A DNA stretch of 64,000 bases from an uncultured Rikenellaceae bacterium (GTDB lineage Bacteria; Bacteroidota; Bacteroidia; Bacteroidales; VadinHA17), in contig CAYSBL010000009.1 of the NCBI GenBank assembly GCA_964429295.1, forward strand, positions 1,448 through 65,447, read 5' to 3'. Below are positions 18,257 to 29,209 of the stretch, piece by piece; the first letter of the stretch is position 1, and each line of letters starts with the position of its first letter. A model generated the notes under the pieces. That model was given only the letters and a program-made list of their open reading frames with translations, did no database searches and was not told where the DNA came from. The position numbers and the translations under genes were made by a program.

Positions 18257-19735
18257 TTAAACACTTTTTAGAATTTCCCTCCATTTACCATAGGCATTCC
18301 TGTAGGAATCTGTTCTCGATATATCGGGTTCGGTGATTCCCACAGGCTTCAGACCGGCAAATGCTTCACCGGCAGATTTGTAAAATCCGCATCCGATACC
18401 AGCTCCCCTTGCAGCGCCTATCGATCCATCTGTATTATAAAGGTTAATAACTGCTCCGGTTATGCACGAAAGAGCTTCCCTGAAAACCTGACTTAGAAAC
18501 ATATTCGCCCTGCCTGCCCTGATATGGCTTGCGTCAATTCCTGTCTCCTGCATTATGTCGAGGCCATACCTGAATGAAAAGGCTATGCCCTCCTGAGCAG
18601 CCCTGAACAGATGACCGCTCGAATGCCTGTTAAAATTCAGTCCCGAGATCCGGCATTCAACATCCCTGTTCCCGAGCATCCTTTCGGCTCCGTTGCCGAA
18701 AGGAAGAACCGAAAGGCCGTCGGAACCCGGACCAACTTCCGAAGCGAGCACGTTCATTCCGTCATAATCAAGATTGCTTCCGGTATTCCTTTTTAACCAT
18801 GAATTCAGTATCCCTGTGCCGTTTATGCAGAGAAGGACTCCCAGCCTGGGATTTTCAGCTGTGTGATTCACGTGAAGAAAGGTATTTACCCTGGAAAGAG
18901 GATCAAACCTGGTTATCTCAGTCACCCCGTAAATAACTCCTGAGGTGCCTGCAGTTGCAGCAACTTCCCCCGGCTGCAGGACATTTAGCGAAAGTGCATT
19001 GTTTGGCTGGTCGCCTGCACGGTATGAAACAGGAATCCCGGGCGGCAGGCCGAGTTCAGCTGCAGCACTTTCCAAAAGTCTGCCCTGAACTGAGAAGGAT
19101 TCCTTCTGATCGGGTATAATGTCACGGCTGAATCCGAAAAACTCCATCAGCTCCCGGGATAGTTCTCCCCTGATAAAATCCCAGAATATTCCCTCCGACA
19201 ATCCGGTATGGGAGGTCACCATCTCCCCTGTCATCCTCATTGCAATATAATCGCCCGGAAGCATTATCTTGTATATCCTTTCAAACAGATCAGGTTCATT
19301 CTCCTTAACCCATGCGAGCTTGGATGCTGTAAAGTTACCCGGGGAATTCAGCAGATGCGAAAGGCAAAAATCGCTTCCCAGCTTTTCAAAGGCATCCTGT
19401 CCGTACCTGACAGCCCGGCTGTCGCACCAGATTATTGAAGGCCGGAGCGGCTTCATGTCTTTTCCCACTGCAACCAGTCCATGCATCTGATAGGAAATCC
19501 CGACAGCGCCTATACCGGACTTTCTGCTGCCGAGCTGGTTGTTGCAGTCATGAATCGCCGACCGCAGATTCAGCCACCAATCCTCCGGCTCCTGCTCAGC
19601 CCAACCAGGCTCGATTGCAATGATCTTCATTTCCTCCCCGGGATAAAAGGCCGATGCAAGACATTCACCCGATTCACCATCCATTACGGAAGCTTTGACC
19701 GATGAGCTTCCCAGATCTATTCCCAATAAAAGCAT
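18257..19735 (-). CDS. xylB: Xylulokinase (FGGY family)
   Basis: LGIDLGSSSVKAS, ISYQMHGLV, IIWCDSR, AGDQPNN, GTSGV; upstream of xylA. A TACATTTG -7 box lies at 19765-19772 (minus). Confidence 0.92.
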   Translation of the reverse strand: MLLLGIDLGSSSVKASVMDGESGECLASAFYPGEEMKIIAIEPGWAEQEPEDWWLNLRSAIHDCNNQLGSRKSGIGAVGISYQMHGLVAVGKDMKPLRPSIIWCDSRAVRYGQDAFEKLGSDFCLSHLLNSPGNFTASKLAWVKENEPDLFERIYKIMLPGDYIAMRMTGEMVTSHTGLSEGIFWDFIRGELSRELMEFFGFSRDIIPDQKESFSVQGRLLESAAAELGLPPGIPVSYRAGDQPNNALSLNVLQPGEVAATAGTSGVIYGVTEITRFDPLSRVNTFLHVNHTAENPRLGVLLCINGTGILNSWLKRNTGSNLDYDGMNVLASEVGPGSDGLSVLPFGNGAERMLGNRDVECRISGLNFNRHSSGHLFRAAQEGIAFSFRYGLDIMQETGIDASHIRAGRANMFLSQVFREALSCITGAVINLYNTDGSIGAARGAGIGCGFYKSAGEAFAGLKPVGITEPDISRTDSYRNAYGKWREILKSV

Positions 19736-19836
19736 GTCGTTTCCTCTTTTTTTATGAATTTCAGCAAATGTAATAATTCACCCGAAAGCAGCGGAAAGAG
19801 AATCAGTAATATTACCGGCTGGCCGGGACTACTTTT

Positions 19837-20883
19837 TCATTTCTTACCTGTTCCATGCCGCTTCTTTCTCAAAGTCGATTCCCTTATAATCAGTTCATGT
19901 TTAACTATAATGGTGCTCAGGCTTGAGGCACCCTTGTTATGCAGGATGTTGATAAGCGAATTTGCCGCCAGACGTCCTATTTCACTTGCAGGATAATCAA
20001 CTGTTGTCAGACATGGCTTTATCACCCTGCTGACAGGTTCATTGTTAAAGCCTGCCACTGCAATGTCTTCGGGGATCCTCATTCCTGATTTCTGAAGTTC
20101 GCATATAGCCGCAACCGCAGACGTATCATTGGCGGTGAATATCCCGTCGGGAGGGTCTTTCATCCTCATAACAGCCCGTGCCGCCTCTATCCCTGCCTGG
20201 CTTCCAAGCTCGCTGACCATCAGCAGTTCATCGTCGAAAGGGATCCCGTTGTCGGCCAGGGCCTGCCGGTATCCCTCAAACCTTCCTGAATATACATTGC
20301 GCAGGAGATTCCCGCTCAGATGAAGTATACGTCTGCATCCCTGACTGATAAGATGGGATGTGACTTCATATCCGGCCCTGAAGTTGTCAATCACTATGCC
20401 CATGCATCCCGGACAATTCGATACGCGGTCGAAGAATACAACCGGTATGTTCTTCCTCAGGATCTGATTGAAGTGGTCAATATTCTCGGTGTCGTAGGCC
20501 AGGGAAACAAGCAGTCCGTCAACCCTGCTGTGAAAAAGTGTAGAAACGCAACCTGTCTCTTTCTTTCCGGATTCCTGCGACTGACTGATGATCAGCCCAT
20601 ATCCCTGCTGATTTGTTATTTCTTCCATACCCGCTATCACAGTAGCCATGAAATAACTGTTAAGCTTGGGAACCACCACCCCGATCGTTTCGGTACTCCT
20701 TTTCCTCAGACTGCTTGCAAACTTATTCTGCTGGTAGCCCATCTCCCTTGCCATTGCCTTTATTCTCTTCCTGGTATCGGCATGGATGTGCGGATGATCC
20801 TTTAATCCTCTGCTGACCGTCGAAGGAGATATGTTCAGTGCTTTTGCCACATCGTAAATAGTGACATCACGGGTGGTTTTCAT
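19837..20883 (-). CDS. LacI-family transcriptional regulator
   Basis: VTIYDVAKALNISPSTVSRGL HTH, hinge FASSLR, PVVFFDR, DIAVAGFNN, LTTVDYP. Start moved to ATG 20883; own TAAATTTG -7 box at 20902-20909 (minus). Confidence 0.95.
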   Translation of the reverse strand: MKTTRDVTIYDVAKALNISPSTVSRGLKDHPHIHADTRKRIKAMAREMGYQQNKFASSLRKRSTETIGVVVPKLNSYFMATVIAGMEEITNQQGYGLIISQSQESGKKETGCVSTLFHSRVDGLLVSLAYDTENIDHFNQILRKNIPVVFFDRVSNCPGCMGIVIDNFRAGYEVTSHLISQGCRRILHLSGNLLRNVYSGRFEGYRQALADNGIPFDDELLMVSELGSQAGIEAARAVMRMKDPPDGIFTANDTSAVAAICELQKSGMRIPEDIAVAGFNNEPVSRVIKPCLTTVDYPASEIGRLAANSLINILHNKGASSLSTIIVKHELIIRESTLRKKRHGTGKK

Positions 20884-20950
20884 TGTAGGAATTTGAATAA
20901 ACAAATTTAATATAAAATGACAGACAGTGAAAATATTTATAAAAAAACCC

Positions 20951-20989
20951 GCAATCGGTTGCATATTCTATAAAACATTTTTAATTTCG
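20951..20989 (+). promoter_or_regulatory. LacI operator copy 1 overlapping the promoter of the first DUF6807 gene
   Basis: GCAATCGGTTGC (20951-20962, reverse complement of GCAACCGATTGC); its TTG lies 20 nt upstream of TAATTTCG (20982-20989). Confidence 0.8.
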
Positions 20990-21038
20990 GAAGCCGGAAT
21001 GCCTGACCAACCGTAATTCTTTAATACCAGAACCGACC

Positions 21039-22310
21039 ATGAATGCTGTTATCACCAACTTCAGTAAAGCAAAATCAGCTGTCGCAGCTTTGCTTCTCCT
21101 GACCGGGACATTCTGCCACGCACAGAAGATTGCATCACTCGAAGTAAATCTGAACAAGCCTGCTTCGGGCCTGAAGATCCCCGTAAGCATCAACCTTGAT
21201 GAGATCACTTATCTTTCTGATACGCTGCTTGCACTGTACGAGACCAGCGACGGAAGAACGGAACCTGTTCCTTTTCAGATAGAACCGGGCAATCCGAGAA
21301 AAATGACATGGCTTGTCGTTTCCGGAAAAGAGGAGAATGAAAAGCACACCTATGCGCTGGAAAGCCAAAAGTCCATATTCCCGTTTACGGTGAATGCAAA
21401 GTTAAAGGATGGGACCCTGCTGATCCATTCGGGAGAAAAAAACCTGCTCCAGTATTTCTTCAAAACTGTCTATCCTCCTGCCGGAGTTGATACTGCCTAC
21501 AGAAGAAGCGGATTCATCCATCCGCTTTGGTCTCCCCATGGCCAGGAACTTACCCGTATCCAGCCTCCTGATCATTTTCATCATTATGGTATCTGGAATC
21601 CATGGACCATGGTGGAATTTGAAGGCGACACCCTCGATTTCTGGAATATAAACTCAAAACAGGCGACGGTGCGCTTCGCTAACTTCGTATCGGTGACGGG
21701 AGGACCCGTTTTCTCCGAGTTCGGAGCTCTCCATGAGCATGTCGTACTGAAAAAGACCGGGATAGACAAGGTGGCAATGAATGAGCTTCAGTGTGTAAGG
21801 GTATATGAACCCGACAAAAACAACGACTGCTTCATTGTTGATTTCAATATTAATATGAACTGCGCCGGTGAAAGCCCATTCAGGATCCTTGAATACCGTT
21901 ATGCCGGACTCGGATGGAGAACAACGCAGAAATGGGACAAAATGAACAGCATGGTTCTTACATCTGAAGGAAATGACAGAAAAAGCGCTGACGGCAGCAA
22001 AGCCAGGTGGTGCATCGTTCAGGGCGAGATTGACGACGACTACGCCGGTGTCGTGATGATGTCGTTCCCTACAAACTACAACCATCCCGAACCTCTGAGA
22101 ATATGGCCTGAGAACCAGTATAACCGGGGCGACATGTTTGCAAACTTCTGCCCTACAAAGGACATGGACTGGGATCTGATCCCGGGTAAAAACTACAACC
22201 TCAGGTACAGGTTTCTGGTTTTCAATGGCCGCTTCGATAAAGAAAAGGCAGAAAGTGCATGGAACTACTTCGCCAATCCGCCCGAAGTTACTGTCCGTAA
22301 GCTAAAGTAA
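21039..22310 (+). CDS. Secreted DUF6807 (PF14100, formerly mislabelled PmoA) protein with N-terminal extension
   Basis: Signal peptide; RSGFIHPLWSP..PDHFHHYGIW, YAGLGWR, HPEPLRIW motifs typical of this family (from memory, not a search). Confidence 0.75.
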   Translation: MNAVITNFSKAKSAVAALLLLTGTFCHAQKIASLEVNLNKPASGLKIPVSINLDEITYLSDTLLALYETSDGRTEPVPFQIEPGNPRKMTWLVVSGKEENEKHTYALESQKSIFPFTVNAKLKDGTLLIHSGEKNLLQYFFKTVYPPAGVDTAYRRSGFIHPLWSPHGQELTRIQPPDHFHHYGIWNPWTMVEFEGDTLDFWNINSKQATVRFANFVSVTGGPVFSEFGALHEHVVLKKTGIDKVAMNELQCVRVYEPDKNNDCFIVDFNINMNCAGESPFRILEYRYAGLGWRTTQKWDKMNSMVLTSEGNDRKSADGSKARWCIVQGEIDDDYAGVVMMSFPTNYNHPEPLRIWPENQYNRGDMFANFCPTKDMDWDLIPGKNYNLRYRFLVFNGRFDKEKAESAWNYFANPPEVTVRKLK

Positions 22311-22362
22311 GCAGTTGATTTGGTTTTTAAATAAATAAAGACTGCTTCCTTGAAAATCACTC

Positions 22363-22400
22363 GCAACCGATTGCACATTGAAAATGTTTTCATAAATTTG
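22363..22400 (+). promoter_or_regulatory. LacI operator copy 2 overlapping the susC promoter
   Basis: GCAACCGATTGC (22363-22374); its TTG lies 19 nt upstream of TAAATTTG (22393-22400). Confidence 0.85.
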
Positions 22401-22553
22401 GTATCAGCTAACCTGATTAATCTGATCATAAATTCAATTTATCAACCCTTTAATTCAATTTTATGAAACCCGCATGATAAAATAACAAACTGGAATGCAG
22501 TTATTTGAATCATGCAGGTTCCATGTGACCTTTAAAACCAAAACTATTTACAC

Positions 22554-25500
22554 ATGAAAAAACTTCTGCTGCTGATTTTGCTTGCCGGATTCACCATGAA
22601 TCTGGCGGCACAAAAAGTTGTTACCGGCAAGGTGACGGATGAAGAACAAAATCCTCTCGCCGGGGTCTCTGTGCAGGTTAAGGGAACTACCATCGGTACT
22701 CTGACAGATGCCGAAGGTAATTTCCGCCTTCAGATTCCCGTCGATGTAAGGATACTCTCCTTCTCGTTCATCGGGATGAAACCCCAGGAAATCGAGATAG
22801 GCACACAAACCAGTTTTAGTATTGTAATGCAGGTCGATGTCGGGATGCTTGAGGAAGTTATTGTTATCGGTTATGGTACCATAAAGAAAAAAGACCTGAC
22901 AGGCGCTGTCTCCAGGATTGATGCCAATGAACTGGCGACTGAAGCCACCTCAAATGTCACAACCATGCTCAGGGGAGCAATTCCAGGACTGGCTGTGAAC
23001 CTCAGCACGAGCGCCAAAGGCCTTAGCAGTTCAAGCGACATGCTTATCAGGGGAGAAACTTCACTCAGGGCCAGCGACTCAGATCAGGCAAATGCAAATG
23101 CCCCGCTGGTTGTGGTCGACGGAATGATCTACTACGGCGACCTGGCCGATATCAACCCGGTCGACATTGAAACCTTCGACATACTGAAGGATGCATCCTC
23201 GGCAGCAATCTACGGAGCCAGGGCAACCAACGGCGTTATCCTCATCACCACAAAAAGAGGACTGAAGGGTAAACCCGTTATCAACATCAGCACCAGCACA
23301 GGGATGGCATTCATTTCCCATGCTCATTACGAAATGATGAACGGCGATCAGCACATTGCCAGAAGGATTGCAGGTTTCGAGCAGAATGAACGCCGGCAGA
23401 TTACAATCGGTCAGGGCTATTACAACAGCTATGAAAACCTGCCATCCGGCGTGACTCTCGAACAGTGGAAAGCCTATGACGGATCAACCGCTGCAACCGA
23501 CCTCGATGAAGTGTGGCTTTCAAGGATCGGCTTTGCTCCTATAGAAATTAACAACTACAAGGCAGGCAGACTTACCGATTTCAAGCAATACACATGGCAG
23601 AACGGCCTTACCCAGGACTACAACCTGAGCCTTTCAGGAAGTTCCGACGCTGTGTCCTATTACTGGTCACTCGGCTACACCGACAATGAAGGAATAAGGT
23701 ACAATGAGGAATTCAGCACAATTCGTTCAAGGATCAATCTAGATGCCGACGTCACCAACTTCCTTAAGGTTGGCCTGAATGCCCAGATGGCCTTCCGCGA
23801 CGAAAGTCCCATCTCTCCCGGAACCAGTCTCTTCAATACTCCATATTCCTCAATGTTCCAGGAAGATGGTGTAACACTGGAACTTACCCCCTCCGGCTAT
23901 ATCAACGCTCCCAACTTCTGGCTTGAAATGAGGTTCCGCGACCGCTACCGGAAATACAACACACTGAACAGCAAAATATTCGCAACCATTACCCTGCCTC
24001 TTGGCTTCTCCTTCACCTCCGAATTCATACCCAGGTTCAACTGGAACCGCGATTACAACAGCTACTCTTCAGGCCACTTTGAGTGGGCATTGCAGGGCGG
24101 AAGAGCCTCGAGGGCAAATACCACAGTCTTCGAATGGCAGATCAACAACATGCTGAAATGGAACAAAACTATCGGAGATCATGCCTTCGATGCAACCTTC
24201 GTTCAGAACGCCGAGAAATATAATTACTGGTATGAATACATGGAAAGGCAGAACTTCCAGCCTTCCGACGTGCTGGGCTACCACAGGATGCAGGCTGCAA
24301 CAGAGGACGTTTCCCTTACCAGCAACGATGAAACCAGTACGGGCGATGCTCTCCTGGCACGATTGAATTACACATTCAAATCGAGGTATAATCTTACTGG
24401 ATCATTCCGCCGCGATGGCTATTCAGCCTTCGGACAGGCTAACCCAAGGGCCAATTTCTGGTCGGTGGCAGGAGGCTGGACAATCAGCGAGGAAGAATTC
24501 TTCAATATCGACTGGATCGACCAGCTTAAACTGAGATTGTCGTACGGCGTCAACGGAAACCGCGGTGTCGGAATCTATGATGCCCTCTCCAACCTTAACT
24601 CCGGCAAGTTCCTGCTGATTGAAGGCGGAGTTGAACAATACGTTTCACAGCTTTATACCAGCCGTATGGCAAATGCCAACCTGAAATGGGAACGCACATC
24701 AGCCTATAACGGAGGACTCGACTTTGCAGTGCTGAAAGGAAGACTCAGAGGTACTCTGGAGGCTTACTTCTCGATCACCGAAGACCTCATAATCCCGCGC
24801 CAGCTTCCCAATGTAACAGGTTATGCAAGCGTTTTCTCAAACCTGGGCCAGGTCAACAACAAGGGATTTGAATTTACCCTGAATTCAGTGAATATCTCAA
24901 CTCCTGATTTCACCTGGACTTCAGACTTCTCTGTATCACACAACAGCAATAAGATCGTTCATCTGTTCGGGGATTATGTGACAGACGAAGTAACGGGAGA
25001 ACAGAAGGAGGTTGACGATATCACCAATGAATGGTTCATTGGCCATGCAATTGATGAAGTGTGGGATTACAAAAGCCTTGGAATATGGCAGGTATCTGAA
25101 ACTGCGGAAGCCACCGCTTATTCCCGCTCACCCGGTGACTACAAGCTTCTCGATTTCAACGAAGACGGATACTACACCAATGACGACAAACAGTTCCTTG
25201 GCTTCAGAAGGCCTAGAGTAAGACTAAGCCTCAGGAATGACGTGCAGTACAAGAACTGGGAGTTATCGCTTAAAATGTACTCATATCTCGGGCATTTGAA
25301 AGCAGACAACTTCCTGAGAAACAATGAAGCATTCTACGACAGGGGAACCTATTACGATGTTCCATACTGGTCTGCCGATAATCCGGGCAACAAATGGGCA
25401 AGGGTAGAAAGCTACGAGACCAACTTCAATGTATGGGAGAAAAACTCATTCATAAGGCTCGATAATGTGTCGCTTTCATACAATATCCCCAGCAGGGTGC

Positions 25501-25646
25501 TGTCGAAGATTAAAGTAGTAAACTGCAGATTATCCCTGGTTGCCGACAACCCGCTTGTTTATGCTCCCTACTGGTCATGGATGGATCCGGAAAATGATTC
25601 CTATACACCTTCCTATATTTCATTCAAAGTAAACATCACCCTTTAA
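22554..25646 (+). CDS. susC: SusC/RagA TonB-dependent receptor
   Basis: Signal peptide, carboxypeptidase-regulatory-like N-domain, VIGYGT..KKDLTGAV, PLVVVDG, DIETFDILKDASSAAIYGARATNGVILITTK, LKWE. Confidence 0.97.
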   Translation: MKKLLLLILLAGFTMNLAAQKVVTGKVTDEEQNPLAGVSVQVKGTTIGTLTDAEGNFRLQIPVDVRILSFSFIGMKPQEIEIGTQTSFSIVMQVDVGMLEEVIVIGYGTIKKKDLTGAVSRIDANELATEATSNVTTMLRGAIPGLAVNLSTSAKGLSSSSDMLIRGETSLRASDSDQANANAPLVVVDGMIYYGDLADINPVDIETFDILKDASSAAIYGARATNGVILITTKRGLKGKPVINISTSTGMAFISHAHYEMMNGDQHIARRIAGFEQNERRQITIGQGYYNSYENLPSGVTLEQWKAYDGSTAATDLDEVWLSRIGFAPIEINNYKAGRLTDFKQYTWQNGLTQDYNLSLSGSSDAVSYYWSLGYTDNEGIRYNEEFSTIRSRINLDADVTNFLKVGLNAQMAFRDESPISPGTSLFNTPYSSMFQEDGVTLELTPSGYINAPNFWLEMRFRDRYRKYNTLNSKIFATITLPLGFSFTSEFIPRFNWNRDYNSYSSGHFEWALQGGRASRANTTVFEWQINNMLKWNKTIGDHAFDATFVQNAEKYNYWYEYMERQNFQPSDVLGYHRMQAATEDVSLTSNDETSTGDALLARLNYTFKSRYNLTGSFRRDGYSAFGQANPRANFWSVAGGWTISEEEFFNIDWIDQLKLRLSYGVNGNRGVGIYDALSNLNSGKFLLIEGGVEQYVSQLYTSRMANANLKWERTSAYNGGLDFAVLKGRLRGTLEAYFSITEDLIIPRQLPNVTGYASVFSNLGQVNNKGFEFTLNSVNISTPDFTWTSDFSVSHNSNKIVHLFGDYVTDEVTGEQKEVDDITNEWFIGHAIDEVWDYKSLGIWQVSETAEATAYSRSPGDYKLLDFNEDGYYTNDDKQFLGFRRPRVRLSLRNDVQYKNWELSLKMYSYLGHLKADNFLRNNEAFYDRGTYYDVPYWSADNPGNKWARVESYETNFNVWEKNSFIRLDNVSLSYNIPSRVLSKIKVVNCRLSLVADNPLVYAPYWSWMDPENDSYTPSYISFKVNITL

Positions 25647-25657
25647 AATTACCGGAC

Positions 25658-27535
25658 ATGAAAAAGATATTTTTAACGATAGTATTCCTGACAACTCTGG
25701 TTTTTATAGGTCCGAGGTGTTCCGAAGATTTTCTCAAACCTGAACCTTTATCATTCTATGCCCCTGAAAACACTTTTGTTAATGCCGCCGGATTCAATGC
25801 TGCGCTTATTGCATGCCTGCGAAATGCAAGGCATGAAATGTACGGAGATACTCCTCCCTTTATTTCAGAGGGTATCTTTTCAGACATAGCGGTGGAGGGC
25901 ACTACTGATAAAACCGGGATCCATATGGATATGCCGGCTGTAATACTGCCTGATGCAAACTTCAACTACGGCGACGTGACAAAGCTGGGCAACTACTGGA
26001 CCGAAGCCTACAACAGGATCAAGTATGCAAATGTGGTAATTTCAAGGATCGACAATGCAGAATGGAAAAGCGATGCCGAACGAAACAATATACTTGGCAA
26101 AGCTTACTTTCACAGGGCGAATGTCTATTACAGGCTTGTCCATCAGTTCGGCGATGTGCCTCTTATTCTTGAAGAGATAACCCAGCCAAGGCTGGATTTC
26201 TATTCCTGCACAAGGGAAAGTATACTCCAGAAATGCAAAAAGGACCTCGACTTTGCAGCCCAGTGGGTTGATGCCGATGCTCCCATCGGAGACATAAACA
26301 AGGCAGCCGTCAACCATCTTCTTACCAAGGTCAACATGTCGCTGCTGGAATTCGATGATGCCATAGCCTCCGCAAGCGCAGTCATAAATGACGGGATACA
26401 CGCCCTGATGACCACACGCTTCGGCTCGTACAAGAATGATCCGGCACACGACATTATCTGGGACCTTCACCAGGAGGAGAACAAGGCTCTCGCCGAAAAC
26501 ACTGAAACGATATGGCTGTTTGTATGCAGTGAGACAATGACTGAAGACGGTGCAAGCGAGAAACTCAGAATAATGCGACAGGCGGTTCCGTACTGGGGCG
26601 GCGCAGGAAAAGTAAAAACTCCTACAGGCCAGACGGGAACAACCGACCAGCCGGGAGGAGCTCTGGTGGGCGGATTTCCTGTTGAAATAAACCAGGTCGG
26701 TATGTATGGCAGAGGCATCGGACGTCTTCGCCCCAGCCCGTGGTACCAGCATGGCCTGTGGGATGATCCAAACGACATGCGTCATAAATATCCCAACTGG
26801 ATGAGGATGGAAGACCTGGTTTACAATGTCCCCGGACTGAAGGCAAACGGCGACCCGTACTACAACCAGCATCTGCAACTTTTCGATGCGGGAGGAGGAA
26901 TCCTGTGCACCGATACCATAAGATCATGGTTCGACTGGCCACATTATAAACTGTATGTAATCGACCCGACCGACAACACACCCGACGGTGGCTATGGCGA
27001 CTGGTACGAAATGCGGCTTGCAGAAACATACCTCCTGAGAGCCGAAGCCTATTTCTGGAACGATCAGCCTGATCAGGCGGCAGCCGATCTTAACGCAGTC
27101 AGGACACGTGCCGGATGTGCCCCCTATACAACCGACCAGATAAATATCGGTACCATCCTGGATGAAAGGGCCAGGGAACTGTATTACGAGGAGAAACGGA
27201 AAACAGAACTGACTCGTATTGCCTACATACTTGCAAAAACAGGAAAACCCTGTTATAACGGGAAAACATACAGTATGGGAAATTTCGGGACAGATAATTT
27301 CTGGTATGACAGGGTCATCGAAAAGAACGTCTTCTACAGGGATAATGTAAAGGCTCCGTTCTATAATTACCGGATAGCCCCGTATATTGTCCTTTGGCCC
27401 GTTCTCTCATCCGCAATAAATGCAAACAGCCTCGGACATATTAACCAGAATTTCGGATATCCGGGATATGAATCAAATGTTACTCCCTGGAAATGGGTCG
27501 ATGGAGAAGGCGAAGGATCTGTTGTTGAACAATGA
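25658..27535 (+). CDS. susD: SusD/RagB surface lipoprotein
   Basis: Cys after the signal peptide (RCSEDFL), FHRANVYYRLVHQFGDVPL, RLAETYLLRAEA, NAVRTRAG, ILDERARELYYE; follows susC. Confidence 0.96.
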   Translation: MKKIFLTIVFLTTLVFIGPRCSEDFLKPEPLSFYAPENTFVNAAGFNAALIACLRNARHEMYGDTPPFISEGIFSDIAVEGTTDKTGIHMDMPAVILPDANFNYGDVTKLGNYWTEAYNRIKYANVVISRIDNAEWKSDAERNNILGKAYFHRANVYYRLVHQFGDVPLILEEITQPRLDFYSCTRESILQKCKKDLDFAAQWVDADAPIGDINKAAVNHLLTKVNMSLLEFDDAIASASAVINDGIHALMTTRFGSYKNDPAHDIIWDLHQEENKALAENTETIWLFVCSETMTEDGASEKLRIMRQAVPYWGGAGKVKTPTGQTGTTDQPGGALVGGFPVEINQVGMYGRGIGRLRPSPWYQHGLWDDPNDMRHKYPNWMRMEDLVYNVPGLKANGDPYYNQHLQLFDAGGGILCTDTIRSWFDWPHYKLYVIDPTDNTPDGGYGDWYEMRLAETYLLRAEAYFWNDQPDQAAADLNAVRTRAGCAPYTTDQINIGTILDERARELYYEEKRKTELTRIAYILAKTGKPCYNGKTYSMGNFGTDNFWYDRVIEKNVFYRDNVKAPFYNYRIAPYIVLWPVLSSAINANSLGHINQNFGYPGYESNVTPWKWVDGEGEGSVVEQ

Positions 27536-27648
27536 ACTTAAAATGATTTAAGAAACAACTGTTTCCTTTAATCAATATTGATCCTAATATTTATCTTTAT
27601 GATTCAGAACAACTGTGTTTCTTAAAACCTCAAAATGATTATGGTCAT

Positions 27649-27681
27649 CCCCCCGGATGGAATGTCAGATCCACCGGGGGG
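27649..27681 (+). other. GC-rich stem-loop after susD (mRNA stabilising or attenuating)
   Basis: CCCCCCGG-A-TGGA-(8 nt)-TCCA-CCGGGGGG with no U-tract. Confidence 0.65.
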
Positions 27682-27720
27682 CAATACCAGTTGACAGACA
27701 AAAACCAAAAAAGGAAATAA

Positions 27721-29094
27721 ATGAAAAGACGAATTTTCATCTCCAGGACTGCTCAGGCTGCAGCAGGATCGCTGATTCTGCCGACTATAGTTCCCTCTTC
27801 GGTTATAGGCAGGAATCCCCCAAGCGAAAAGATCAACATAGGATGGATAGGCTGCGGGAGGCAGGGAAGAGGCGATATCATGGGTACTATGAGATTCGAC
27901 ACTGCTATGGTGGTAGCCGCTGCCGATGTAGATTCTAAAAGGGTGGCCCTTGGCAAGCAGATGGTAGAAGGCTTCTATTCAAAGAAGACAGGAAACAGCA
28001 ATTATGTCAATGTAAAAACATACGGCGACTACAAGGAACTGCTGCTCGACAAATCGATAGATGCGGTAGTGATTACCACACCCGACCACTGGCACTCACA
28101 GCCCGCCATCGAAGCTGCACTTGCCGGCAAGGATATCTATCTTGAAAAACCTACTTCGCTTACCATTACCGAAGGAAGGCTTCTGAGCGATGTGGTTAAG
28201 AAAACAAAGGTCATCCTGCAGGTTGGAACCCAGCAGCGCTCAAGTCCTCAGTGGAGGATCGCCGCCGAACTGGTCAGGAACGGAAGAATAGGCAAGCTTC
28301 ATACTGTCAAAATTGGTCTGCCCGGGGACCCGGCCGGACCGGAGGCCCCTGAAATGCCGGTTCCGCCTAACCTCAATTACGACATGTGGCTGGGATCAAC
28401 ACCCGAAGTCTATTACACCGAAATCCGCGTCCATCCTCAGAAGGATTTCGATCGCCCGGGCTGGCTGAGATGTGAGCAATTTGGCGCCGGCATGATCACA
28501 GGCTGGGGACAGCATCACTTCGACTCGGCTGCCTGGGGCATGGATACAGAACTCACCGGACCGGTATCGATCGAGGCAGTGGCTCAATTTCCCAAAGCCG
28601 GACTGTGGGATGTTCACGGCGATTTTATGTCAATAGCAGAATACGCCAACGGGGTGACACAGCTTACAAGCGGAAGTTATCCCAACGGAGTAAGATATGA
28701 AGGAACAGAGGGATGGATCTTTGTAACACGAGGTAACTACAGGGCTACCGACAGTGATCCGATAGTCCAGGCTCAAAACACCAAAGCACTCGATGCCAGC
28801 GATCCAAAGATCCTTACTTCAGTGATCGGACCCAACGAGATCCACCTCTATGAAAGCAGTGACCAGGCAGGCAACTGGCTCGACTGTATTAAATCGAGAA
28901 AGGAACCCATCTCACCGGTTGAAATCGGCCACAGGGCCTGCACGGTATGTCTTGTCACCCATATAGCAATGAAACTGGGAAGAAGACTGAAATGGAATCC
29001 TGAAACTGAAAAGTTTGTGGGCGACGATGAGGCCAACAGCATGCTTTCAAGGCCACAGAGAGCCCCCTACGGCACAAATTACATCAAATTGTAG
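27721..29094 (+). CDS. Tat-exported Gfo/Idh/MocA oxidoreductase
   Basis: KRRIF twin-arginine signal, IGCGRQG Rossmann motif, TPDHWH, YLEKP, QVGTQQRS. Confidence 0.92.
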   Translation: MKRRIFISRTAQAAAGSLILPTIVPSSVIGRNPPSEKINIGWIGCGRQGRGDIMGTMRFDTAMVVAAADVDSKRVALGKQMVEGFYSKKTGNSNYVNVKTYGDYKELLLDKSIDAVVITTPDHWHSQPAIEAALAGKDIYLEKPTSLTITEGRLLSDVVKKTKVILQVGTQQRSSPQWRIAAELVRNGRIGKLHTVKIGLPGDPAGPEAPEMPVPPNLNYDMWLGSTPEVYYTEIRVHPQKDFDRPGWLRCEQFGAGMITGWGQHHFDSAAWGMDTELTGPVSIEAVAQFPKAGLWDVHGDFMSIAEYANGVTQLTSGSYPNGVRYEGTEGWIFVTRGNYRATDSDPIVQAQNTKALDASDPKILTSVIGPNEIHLYESSDQAGNWLDCIKSRKEPISPVEIGHRACTVCLVTHIAMKLGRRLKWNPETEKFVGDDEANSMLSRPQRAPYGTNYIKL

Positions 29095-29209
29095 GTTTTA
29101 ATTTAAGGGACCCGCATGCACCTCAAGACTCATTTTTGAATGGGATTGTATTGTGCATGCGGGTTTTCTTTCCTGACAGATCAAGAAACAGTTCAACAAA
29201 CACAAAGTA

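Noticed and set aside
16841-20883. LacI gene as the xylose regulator XylR
   Set aside because: xylB has its own -7 box and I saw no copy of the operator upstream of xylB or xylA; the operators point to other targets. Read-through cannot be excluded.
21039-22310. Methane monooxygenase PmoA label often attached to this family
   Set aside because: These are soluble secreted proteins with no multi-TM PmoA character and no pmoB/pmoC neighbours.
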